The notes below the pieces were generated by a model. The model made no database searches, had not been told where the DNA came from, and saw only the letters and a program-made list of their open reading frames with translations. 64,000 nt of DNA from the IMG/VR virus record IMGVR_UViG_3300021963_009201, positions 1-64,000 of that record, one strand, 5' to 3'. The DNA is from a virus. Position numbers and translations under genes: made by a program. Positions 41,701-52,500 of this stretch are shown here, one piece after another (the first letter of the stretch is position 1; each line of letters opens with the position of its first letter).

Positions 41701-43083
41701 GATGACGCCATAAAAATATTAAGACAAGAAGATGTAATTGATGCTTTAACTAAAGAAGGCGGGGCACTCGCGGAGGAGATTCGCGGCATTAATGACAATA
41801 TTGTAAGCTTTATATCGGATTACTTACTGCAAGGCGGGAAGATAGATAAGTTTGTTATAGACAATGAATTTGGGGAAAAGACAAGACTTAGTAAAGAGCA
41901 TGTAAATAGGATTAATCAAAAACTTATACAAAGTGGCAGAACTTTAGACGAGTTTACTGTGGAGGGTCCGCTCACGCAACGCGCACAAGCCGCATCAAGG
42001 ATTATGGAAGATATTGGAGATCAATATCGGATGATGAGGAGAGACATAGGTTTAGTTGATGGTTTAAAAAATCAACTTTTTGATTTAGATATAGAACGCG
42101 AAGCTGACGAGTTGATGACAATCGCTCGTGAAACTTACAAGGTTGATGACATTAGTTTCAGGTCAGCTTCGGCCTTAAATGACGCTATGGACTTGTTCGG
42201 TGAAATCCCAGATTTTAACGAAGTTTCAGATAGGGTCGGAAGAGCTCAAACTGAGTTTTTTAGGACCTTTACAGAAAGGTACGGGACAAGGTTAGATGAT
42301 GAAACTTTAGAGATTTCTGAACGCGGCCAAAAAGTGCTTGGTTCAATGATAAAGAGGCATAGCCTAACACCTTTAGGTGAGGGTTCTGGTAGTCTTTTTG
42401 GCGGCAATCTTAGTGGCGTTTTTAATAGCACACTACAATGGTATGACAATCTTGGTAGGGGAAATGTAGCAGGGGTTTCGGGCCAGCTAACGGTAGACAA
42501 TAAACTTGGTGCGATGCTAGAGGAAATTGATTCATACGATCGCCCGCAAGCTGTTTCAGAAGCAATTGATGCTGCAACCGGAGATATAGGTTCGGGACAG
42601 AGATCATTGATCAGATCCCGCGCTGCACGCAGGGCTTCAGAAGGTGTTTCGGATTTTGCTTCAAACACTAAAACAAAACTTCCTAAGATTTTAAGCCAGG
42701 AAGGATTAAACCTATTTAAGAATCAAACTTTCAAGAGGGGTGCGATAGCACTTGGTGGGTTGATGACATTTTCTGCTATATATAGGAAAATGAAAGACAG
42801 GACCCCCGAAGACATGCAGGGCCCACCAATGCTCCCCGGTGGCTCTTTTTATGACAATAATGCTGGCATGTACAGTCAGCAAATAATTAATAGTCCACAA
42901 AACAACCAAGGTGGCGGTACTACATATAAGATAAGGGCTTCAGGTAGTTTTGACGTAGATGCTTTATCTGGCGATATGGAAAACTTAACGGGTGCTCAAG
43001 TAAGGTCTAATAAATACGAGTCTCGCGGCTATCAGAATAAAAGCTCTAATATCGAACGTGTTATAAACGATTCTTTTAGGTGA
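38758..43083 (+). CDS. 1441-aa virion-module protein; putative two-barrel RNA polymerase-like
   Basis: Coupled by TAATG to the tape-measure-like gene; motifs FDG (aa 309-311), FNVR...GQVKG (aa 381-417), FGGPDFDD (aa 698-705), KRTP (aa 725-728). The CDS is certain; the function is inferred. Confidence 0.45.
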   Translation: MVDYSDFDPRILRQTLSKISQKYPTFQFDFQNNVPTIRVGSETYNTPAEALEYIKKINLTQYDVFDSTIPSYLKSGQGANNFLMLEELSETLGVRIERLGMKSASVKQIEAINEVFSTGMDREGLFYAKNDNVTGLIFHQNGKKLKLNEILDLLENKGIHFDVSQKTFKRLRFLGNDYKFSASGLDLNAYFFEAAKTQRGMDLMNKAGYTFSDGGYKVASSRRIGDMSNLVGNVSAEYSGLPSEMSIKTQKNVLKAYKELNLGGALNTIQDISSLSDSDVTRYMLQLSSDEILESGKYIDSLNMVRRAFDGAVYARSSLAGKVAEQAMQRAAKMTQDMSDDIKSGRLIEGSVEHKSALRKIAATKRSAAELDPIVKHGGVFNVRIMGFNDVSAEDEFVNAIFGENVSKKGFSGQVKGNVYFEPDKQFEEALMSQMKGYNQDLVEYRGKLYSMDEMIATHKNLGLGTVITDAGMSGRNRKLVLDEIERKGGTVLSPRSIDVVTSKEARTVEVGFRQGSAMANRGAALSMEVQASGTKVFSEAQSFFADFELYDMDAIRRTNMQYVQKQIDYVKTDKILDDYARFRTTGESSGILRQLVDQADGIPGEASTVRAQQLLDMLDQGIAPSKNPLFAQMYTSAVNEFNPRKDMFHLLMPNVYQAQFTNELGRSSQVTRGSISYKKNLGFILNDLDYDKYYNAFGGPDFDDLLRSHLKWDRGSDSLIAIMKRTPSALGEIGVFSVDQNDQLMDEVLKNAAEVDDAIKGHIDSVKLLDAKINIKSSLQASANSATGVTGANAMQNLKSLSAVSDIVASPEVDAQRLASIMDEIDTLGSPTDDSLRYINDAIDSLGIGGQTVEDLEAEKALLRGGTRKDILRDYFERTHSAMESSEINKIRNRSLALSDEALQGIAKYGSVDELLANRMSRMSNQLITGIGDDFGSLTDESIEALTKSFGVLGEYSNLRMVLDSMKRVSDELGNAPNFGDDAIKILRQEDVIDALTKEGGALAEEIRGINDNIVSFISDYLLQGGKIDKFVIDNEFGEKTRLSKEHVNRINQKLIQSGRTLDEFTVEGPLTQRAQAASRIMEDIGDQYRMMRRDIGLVDGLKNQLFDLDIEREADELMTIARETYKVDDISFRSASALNDAMDLFGEIPDFNEVSDRVGRAQTEFFRTFTERYGTRLDDETLEISERGQKVLGSMIKRHSLTPLGEGSGSLFGGNLSGVFNSTLQWYDNLGRGNVAGVSGQLTVDNKLGAMLEEIDSYDRPQAVSEAIDAATGDIGSGQRSLIRSRAARRASEGVSDFASNTKTKLPKILSQEGLNLFKNQTFKRGAIALGGLMTFSAIYRKMKDRTPEDMQGPPMLPGGSFYDNNAGMYSQQIINSPQNNQGGGTTYKIRASGSFDVDALSGDMENLTGAQVRSNKYESRGYQNKSSNIERVINDSFR

Positions 43084-43087
43084 TATA

Positions 43088-43525
43088 ATGTTACAGAACC
43101 AATTAAATAAATATAAAAACGCAGTCGGTAAACCAAATGTTGGTTCAAAAATTTTTTCAAATGAACTTCCAAGGGTCCAGGAAATGTCGCGAAATTCTGC
43201 TAATTCTGGCTCTGTTAGGAATTTTGCTATCACTAAACAAAATAGCGCCCAGATTTCGGAAAGTATTATGGCTAGCCGTGGGCCTATGTCTAATGGCTCT
43301 GCTGCAGGGTTTAAGGGTGGAAAATCTGCACACTTAGAGATAAACGGCGGGGGTTACAGTGGCGCTAGTAGAAGGTTTCATTCGGTTGGGGGGATAGATT
43401 CGGTTGGAACTGGAATTATTCCTGCTAAAAAGATGAGAAAAGCAGTTACTAGAGATGTAGGTCGACTTTCCGAGACCTCTATGTCTAGGATGTCGAAGTT
43501 AAAAGTCTTAAATAGATTGGTGTAA
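43088..43525 (+). CDS. Basic Gly/Ser/Arg-rich, probably disordered protein
   Basis: Fills the gap between two giant genes; low-complexity basic composition. Confidence 0.6.
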   Translation: MLQNQLNKYKNAVGKPNVGSKIFSNELPRVQEMSRNSANSGSVRNFAITKQNSAQISESIMASRGPMSNGSAAGFKGGKSAHLEINGGGYSGASRRFHSVGGIDSVGTGIIPAKKMRKAVTRDVGRLSETSMSRMSKLKVLNRLV

Positions 43526-43526
43526 A

Positions 43527-46500
43527 TTGTCTGAATACAGTGCTGAAGATGTAATTGATGTCCTGATTATTGCGTTTGAATTTCCTCCTAGTGACGTTTA
43601 TGGGCCTATGGAGCGATACCTGCTTTCTATAGGTAAGGTGTGGATTCAGAGTGAGGATCCAATTGGCGCATCTATTAAGCTTACAGAAACCCAGGCGCTT
43701 AATGCTGTAAAGCATTTCTTAAAGAATAGAGAAGTAGTAGCAGGTGGAACCTCGGATGGTTCAGACTACGATAGTTCCTTACCTTACGACGAAGAAGTGG
43801 TAAAGAAAGCCTTAAGCGAGGCTAACAGGACTTCTCTAAGTGGACAAAGTTCAGATTCAATTAAACGAATTATACAAAATTTAGATGATTTATTTGGCTT
43901 TGGTGTTATTCTGAGGGAGAAAGAATCAATTGAAGGCATAGTATCTTTCCTACAGAGTCCTGAAGGAATAGGAAATTTTTCAAAACTTTCATATGACGCA
44001 AGGGTTGCCCTCAACAACTTACTGAGCTTAAGAGATAATGGAGATTTCCATTCGAAAAGACTTTATAACTTGGCGCTTTCTGTTCTACCCCAGCTTAATA
44101 GGCTTTTAGATTCTTATGTTGATCTTCAAAAAAAGGAAGAGCAGTACGTAAAAGATAATGGCGTAGATCCGACTACACTATTCGCCAACTCTTTTATGTC
44201 GGTTTTCAGTGAAAAACCGTTGCAGATGGCGCTTTTTTATAAGGAAAATACTCAAAGAAGAATTAGTGAAGCATTTGCGCAACAATTCCAAAGGCCAAAC
44301 AATGATCCGCAGCCCGTACAGCCTTGGGAAATGAGAATTGGCGGGTCAAAGTTTTTCGTGCCACCAATTGATGTGAAAGTTTCCCAATTTTTTAAAACTG
44401 GCAGCTTAACGGGTGGAGCTATACGTCAAGCTTCATCACCAAAGTTTAATTCGGGCCACAGCGAAACCGCCATACAAACAACTATCTATTTCCCTAGTTT
44501 AGAGTCAATATGGGGAATTATAACGAGTGAAGAAAAACCAGAAGTATTTTTAAATTTTGATGACATTAATAAAACGAGCGATAAAGATGTAGACTATTTC
44601 CTTTCATCGTTAAGGGGCTTAATAGCTCAATTTAAATATGCGCCATTCCTTCCTGTCCGGAATCAATACTTAAATCAAGCATGGGGGATTACTGGCGTTA
44701 CGCTCAACAGTATGACTATATCTACTGTAGAAAATTATCCTTTCTGTGTTGCTGTAACGCTTAATATGATGAAGTTTAACCATAAAGTTTACCTTCCAAT
44801 GGTTGAAGATTTTAATCAGGCGGTCCACTGGGGCAGGTTTAGGCAGTACATGGGCAGGGCCGCTATGGCAATGCAAAATTCTTATAATCTAGGATTTTTA
44901 ACTGAGAGTTTGTTTGGCGACATTTGGGATAAAATTCCTTTTATAAATAGAGACAAACCAAAACCAGATCAAGATACCTTTGATACATCGGACGTATCTT
45001 TTTCTAGGCCAACGAAAGAAGGTTGGGCAAAAGATCCTACTAGAATTAAGTTCTACTACCCGTCAAAAACACCAATGGAGATTTTTGCACCAGATGACTC
45101 TATGTTTAGGCAAGAGCGGGAAGATGAAACTGTTGGTAGTTCTGATTACGAAAGAGATAAATCCGCATGGGAGTTGCTCCTTGGTAAGCTAGGTATTGAC
45201 GTTGACGTATACCCAGAAAGCGTTTATGACAACGTAAAAAACTACTCTCAAAGATTTACAACTTACCAAAACGAATGGACATACCTGGGCCAGTATCTAA
45301 AGTTTAATAGTCTCGTTGTCTTAAATATGACTCAGGATAAATTAATCAAATACCTGAACGAAAGAATATCTACCTTAGAAAAAGAGGGTACGATTAAAAA
45401 TGACGCAGACAAAAATAATTATACTTCAGCAATCGTGCAACGTTGGTACGATTTTATGTTCGGTGGATTTAAAGACACTGTATTCTATAGGAAGCTTTTA
45501 GAAAATACCCAATACAGAAATGGCAGTTTTACCATTAACGAGTGGGACGTCCCGATGGAAGAAATGGCGTTTGACGCTAAAAGCGTTTTCGTACAAGGTA
45601 TCTCTGTATCGCTTTCTAATAACTTTGCGAAACACCAAGTACAACTCCAGGATGAGCCTACTTATCAACATATTGGCGGCGGTGATAATAGAGTCGATAT
45701 ATCAATGATCGTTGTAGGTGAAGATAATCTTATCAGAATTCGCAGGATGTTTGATAAAATTGGTGGACTAGCAAGGCTAGAGCACGCCCACGGTGTGCTT
45801 GGTTTCCTTGGTGTTAAAAATGAACTAACCGCACTTGCCGGTATGAAGTATCTAATGCCGCTGACTTATGAGGTTGACACTATACCTGGTTACCCACGCG
45901 TATATAATGTTAGGTTGTCTTTTATAGACTTTGACATTTTTCAGCAGAAAAGAGAAAAACTCTCTTCTGATCTCCAGGTTGGGCTCAAAGACCTTTTTGG
46001 TAAGCGCAACCCATTCCTCAGGGTAAAGCAAGTCTGGAGCAGGTTTAACGCCTATCCGGATTTCCCTCTTACAATTAGGGACGAAAAAGACGACAAAGTT
46101 ATTGGGACGATTGATCCAGATTTTTATTTCCGGGCTTTTACTACATTTGATGATGATTTAACGTATTGGGGGAGTCTTCCAAAAGGTGAAGAAAGCCCGA
46201 TTGCATCAATGAACTCTGATGGAACTTTTCAGATTAACCCAAAGAAGGATGATGTAACTGCAAAATTAGCACAAGCTTCAGGAGAGGTAAAAACTGAACA
46301 GTATACGGTTAACAAGAAAAATACTGTATCGACCTACCCATTAGAACTGTACTTTAATATGCTAACTACTGGTGACGGTCAGGATACGAGTGCAATCGTT
46401 AAGTTAGCAAACGCTGGTGAGCTTATAGTTGGGACCCAACAGCAAAACGAAGACCCTAAGTTCCCAACTACAGGGAAACCAGTAAAGATGACAGAAGACA

Positions 46501-49500
46501 CCGCTGTCGCTACACAAACTGAACCATCAATTGCTGGGTTAACGCCTGGAGCGCAGATACAAAACCCTTACGCTAATGCTACAAATGACCCCTCCACTCA
46601 ATATGAGTTAATCATGAATGACGCAAAGTACCGCGACATTAACGGTAGGATGATTAGGGCATTCCCAACCTACATGTTGTGGCTCATAGATGAGGGCGGC
46701 AGGTTTGGCGGTGTAAAGTTGTTTGATAATTTTTATGGTCTTCAATCAGTTGTTGATTTTTCCATTAATCGTTCTGAGGATGTGCTTGGCGATACGCTCG
46801 TGCTTCGATTGTCAAATCTTTATTCAAAATTGTCGACACAATATAAGGGCTTTGTTAAGAGGCAGGATGGAACTGAAAATATTGTTTTAGATGACGATAA
46901 TGGAAATACAATAGAATCAGTCGCAGATATTCCTGAGTATTTAATACAAACTCAAGAGAATATTAACAGCGGTATGGACGATACCTATATCGTTGAATTA
47001 GACAGCATCAGATTGAAGCCTGGGGTTCGTGTACATATGCGTATGGGTTACGGCGCTAACCCAAATTCTCTAGAGACTGTTTTTAATGGTGTAATAACAC
47101 AGGTTCAGGCTGGGGATATTGTAGAGGTTATTGCACAATCAGACGCGATCGAATTAAGTCAGTATATCAACACGACCAACAAGAAGGGTCACTCCGGTGA
47201 CATCGATGGGGCAATTGGTACGGGTTTTTGGCTTTCTGAGCCAAGGGACCTTATGGTTCGACTACTGTCTATGGGTTCATCTCGCTTCAAAGAGGGTTTT
47301 GCTCATGCTACTCGTGGGCAGATTTTCTCTGAAAGCAGATTTGGTATTCGTCATTTTGGAACAATTCTTTATGAAGCATTAACGCCAAACGAAAAAGAAA
47401 GGCACGACAAAAGGTATCAAGCAGTCACAAGCAGACTTCAGGCTGTTGCGGGGTCTGATAGCGTATCTAAAGTTCTTGGGGCATCTGCTGGTACCATCTA
47501 CGACACGACGGCGAGTGATAATGAGGATAGTAAAAACAGTTTAATAGGCGGAAGTTTCAGCGGGTTCTTAGGGCAAGGTGCTGTGCGGACTAGCACCGAT
47601 GAAAGCGGGAAGGTAAGCATGCCACTACTTGGCCTTATGCAGAGTATGTGGACTAATTTCTTTACAAAAAGAGATTTTGAAATTTATAAAAGGAATATTT
47701 ATCCAGGCAACGGAACTGGTGTAGCCCAGTATCTCGGTGGGGATCTATTGGATTCTGGCCCAGTTTTACTTGAGGCTGCAGGTAGCCAGGCCGCAACTGA
47801 CACTTTCTTTAACAAGGATGCTAAGAGCATTTTCAGTCAGTTTAAGAGTGGGGAGCCAGGAAAAGACTCAAGGGATCAAGTTATCCAAAACACTATACTA
47901 AACCTTTCGCTTAGTGGTGAACGAATTGAGGATCAAGTGAGTCCGCAGAATAACGCGGCGCCAAGTAATTCTGATCCCAATGCGCCAGCAAATCAGGGTG
48001 CAAGTGGTCGCGACCCTTCTAGCGTTACGGCCGCTACCTTGCTTCTAGGGTCTGTTGGGGAAGCCGTCTTGATGAAAAGGGGCGCGCTAAAAAACAATCC
48101 ACTTTTACAGGCTCTTGGACTGATACAAGGTGGGGAAGCAGACTCTGACTTAAATGGTTTTGATGAGGTATCCTTTAGGGCCCAAACCTACATGAAGACT
48201 GTTTGGGATATGTTTAAGTTATGTGCGGCACTACTTCCCAACTACATCGTAGCGGTCCGGCCTTTCGAGGATAGGTCAACGGTCTTTTACGGTAAACCTC
48301 ATTGGCTGTATACCTCCGGAGTGATACCGCTTTCTACAGGTGTGCCGAAGGACGATGATAAGGTAAAACCAGAAGGGCCAGACGCAGAGCTAGAGAGAAT
48401 AATGAGGGAAGCAACAAATCTTGCTAATCCTTTGGCGGATTTAGAAAACCAAATGAAGTTTGTTAAGGATATTTCTTCATCAAATCCATTCACAAGTTTT
48501 ACTGGAACTCAAGCACCAGGGACAACTAATACTCCTGATTCATCCAGCGAAGTCATGACGCTTCCACTGGAGTCGGGCGGTGCAAAAATTCCAATTAGGT
48601 CCGGTAAAGTTGTAATGGGCAAACATTTAGAAGGTTATAACTATAATGCACCAGAATCGAACCTAAGCGATGCGATAAGTCGTATGACCATTTCGGAAAA
48701 AGCAGAAATAGTTACCGAGTACGCTACAGCGCAAAAGGATGAACTGGCAAAAAATAGTTCAAGAGATCCATTAACTGGGGAATTTTCGCAAGAGTACATA
48801 AGAAGAATGAATGCCCTTGACGAAATTCTAAAGAATGCAATTGACGAAGAAGAAGAGAAAATTGACGACTTCATTAAAGATCCAGTCAATTCTGGGATAA
48901 GAGGAAGATTTTTATCGGATGCTAGTTCAGTACATATAGAGCTACCCCAACTGCCAGACGTCCACAAATATGCAAATTTTAGAGCTGGAAGTTTATTCGT
49001 CGGTTTTGAAAATGGCACCCCACAAATCACCCCTGAAGGTGAACAGTGGTATATAAGAATGCGTTGGCCTTACATAAATTGGCAAGATTACCTTAAAAGG
49101 CAATGGGAAAGCCCCGAATCTGGTACTGGCGATCCAAGTAAATATTGGGGTAAAAAAGTTGCAGTATCTTTACCTGATTCTGGCAAGGTGGTCGTATGCT
49201 ACGCCATAGATGGCGGTCCTATGGATCCGGCTTTTAGGGCTGAAGTTTCTCCAGATGTTTATTACGCTTTAGATTTAGCAGGATATCCACAGAAAGATTG
49301 CTATTTTGGTTTTGTAGATGACAATGTAAGACTTGGTCCGGTTGGTGGGTCGTTAAGCACAGAGACTGGACGTAGACTTGATGTGTCAAGTATACCAGTT
49401 CCAACAAGAGCAATAGTTGATGGCAGGTCTTACGAAACAATAGTTGACCCTGATCAGGCTTTTGAACGACTAACATCGGACACTAATGCAGAAACACTTT

Positions 49501-52500
49501 TTGGTGAGCAATACTACTTTATAAATTCATTCTTGTATGGCTGGCTTGCTGGTGGCGGAAATAATAACCCTAGGGCGTCAGGCTATTACGGGAACTTCGA
49601 CGATGCAAACAAGGAAAACGACGCCCAGTTTGCCGATAAGTATATCTCCCTTTTAGATAACGGAATAAAAGGTAGTATAAGGGCTGACGATAATGCTATT
49701 GGTGCCTTTGATATTGTTGGCGAAATAGCGAGGCGAATTTACGATGTGGACTACAATGAGCGTAGACTTGAACTATTGAAAGATTCGGACATAGCCAGTA
49801 ATTACCTTCGTGATACTGGCTTAACTTTCGACAAGCTAGTAGAAAAAGCCAATGCCAATTACGAAGCATTCAACAACGCCCGAAAATTTTATGGAGATTA
49901 TAAAGGGGATACTGAAACGACCGCAGAAGAAATTTGGGATATATTCAGAAAACAATGGCATATCAGAACTGATAAGGAATATCTAGAGGTTAAGGAAGCG
50001 GCAATTGAATTTATTAACCAAATCGGCTTACCTATAAATGATCCAAATAATGCTTTAGGTTTTGACGAAAATTGGTATGATGGTTCTACATCGGGTCAAG
50101 GTTTTGATAGCAGCGCTGAAAGTGAAGCTGTTGACAAGGTTATATTTAGCACTAATATGACAAAGATTGTTAATAATTTTAAAATGCTTATGTGGCGTCT
50201 CCCCTACGCCAGGGCTTGGCTAGTTATTACTACGGGAAGAACGCCAGATACTGGTGAGTTACTTGCCGCTAGTGTTGGGGCTTCAGTCGTTACCCTCAAC
50301 CCAGTTCCAGCAGTTGCTGCGTTAGCTACTGATGCTTTAGATGATAATCCTTTTGACTTTAAAAATAGTGATATTACAAAGCTATGGAGATGGTATTTAG
50401 GGCTTAATGCAGATGGGTATAAGAAAAACGATACTGCTGTTTCTGCGTTAATAAATGCGGCAGCATTAGATAATGAAAATAGCTTTAATGGTTTTAGTTC
50501 ACAGATTAATCTTTCCCCAGATGCAAAAACCGGCGCAAGTATATTTGCAAATGAAGCTTTAGTTGGTAGATTTATCGAGGCCTTAAAACACTACAAGAGG
50601 GTCGGTCTTAAGGGTAATGGAGCTCAGCAGGCAATTGAGAGAATTGGTCAAGTTTGGAACCAAACAATAGGAGCATTCTTTACATTAGTTAGTAGCGCAT
50701 TAAGCGGAGTTGTGGCAACATTCAGACTATCCCTAATGCAGATGGGCTATGGCATGGGAATGCTTGGAGCTATGCAACAGCAAGCTAATATCTTAAATCG
50801 TGCTTTAAATGACTCTATTTATTATAGTCTCGGCGAACCTGGTTCTGCGATATGGCTTGCGGACAATCCATTCACTAGAGAGTATGGGGAACCGGTTATT
50901 GAGATTAGGGAGCCATTCCAAAGATTCCATTACATTAATTCTTTTCAAGATATTATTGATAATGGGATTCAAGAAAAACTTGATAATATACCAACTGTGG
51001 TCACAGCTAGTTCGGATGGCAAGTACCCTGTTACGGTTTATTTCGATAAGGGAACTTCTCCCGAGAAGCAGTTTGAAGTGGGAATTGAGACAGGACTTTT
51101 TTGGGACAATGCAAGAGGCAGTGGTTTTTTCGGTTTCCTGCATCCTCTCTTGCACCCGTTTGAAACAATGCGCGGTTTAGCTAAAAGCGCAAGCGGCTCA
51201 TCTGACGAAATCCTTTCGAGAAGAGTTGGGCTATCGTATCTCAAAGAATCCCTAAAAGACATTTATGGAGGCGAAGTTGTAATCATTGGTAGGGCCGATA
51301 TACGTCCGCACGACCTTGTGTACCTCGCCGATACGTACGAGCGGATGTACGGAATATTCGAGGTAGAGGCTGTTACACACCATTTTACTAGCGACATGGG
51401 TTTTGTGACAGCAATTACACCAAACGCTGTTGTTACAGTAAATGACCCTGCGCGCTGGGTGTACCAATCCTGGATCTGGGGTCTTTTTGGGGTGCAGAAT
51501 ACAAGGAATCATGTAAGGCACCTTCTCTCGGTAACGGCCGATAGGTCTTCAAGAGTTTACAACGATGTTCTTGCTTTCGTAGACAGTAATGGGGAAGTTG
51601 ACATGAGCGGCTTCGCCGAATCGATTGAGGACACAATCCGCGGTAGTGTCCAGTTTACTGGTGGAAATTCTGGGCTAGTAAAAGATATAGCTTCTCATGC
51701 CGCCGCAGGCTACGCGGTTCCTAGTGGTTCTTCTTACAGTATAGCTCCAGATAGTTGGGAGCAAAGCGCCCAAAATATAGGAAGCCTTTTTTCAAGTCCG
51801 GGAGCAACTTTTGCGTCTTGGATTCCCGGAGTGAATAAGTTGCTTGACGTAGCTTGGGAGGGTTGGACATGGGTTAGGGATAATCTCCTTGACCAGCATG
51901 GGTGCTATATACAGTATTTAAGCAAAGATGGGCAACCAATGGATGCAGGCCTCAGTTTCAATCAGGGTGTCGCGGTTGGTCATCATCACTCGATTAATTT
52001 ATTACCTGGAATACTTGGGGTTGAAGTTGACACGACCGAAAATGGTCATAGGCGTATTACAATTAACGACCTTATGGGTTCACTTGGTTGGAGTGAGTTA
52101 GAGATATCCAGTATTCAGCGGCAGGTTAGCTGGTGGAACAATTATTGGAATGCGCGCGTGCTAGATTATGCTGGCAAGGGACCAGACCCTGTTACTCTTA
52201 CTCGCCCTAATGCCTATTTAGCAAAGGTTATAGCTATGAGTACCGACGATGATGACGGTAATGGCATAGTCGACGGCGATACGTTCTCTTGCCAAAAGCT
52301 AGACGCCGATGGCAACCTAACTGGGTCTACATTTAAGATTCGTTTAGCGGGTATTGATACTGCAGAGCTTGATTTCAAGCAAGATATCCAGAGAAATGAT
52401 TCGTCGCAAAAAGCCTATATTGCACGGCAATTTTTGGAGAAACGTTTGATTACGGATCAAGTAGCAAATGGCCTTGAGCCAATTGTCGCAGTTAGGGAGT

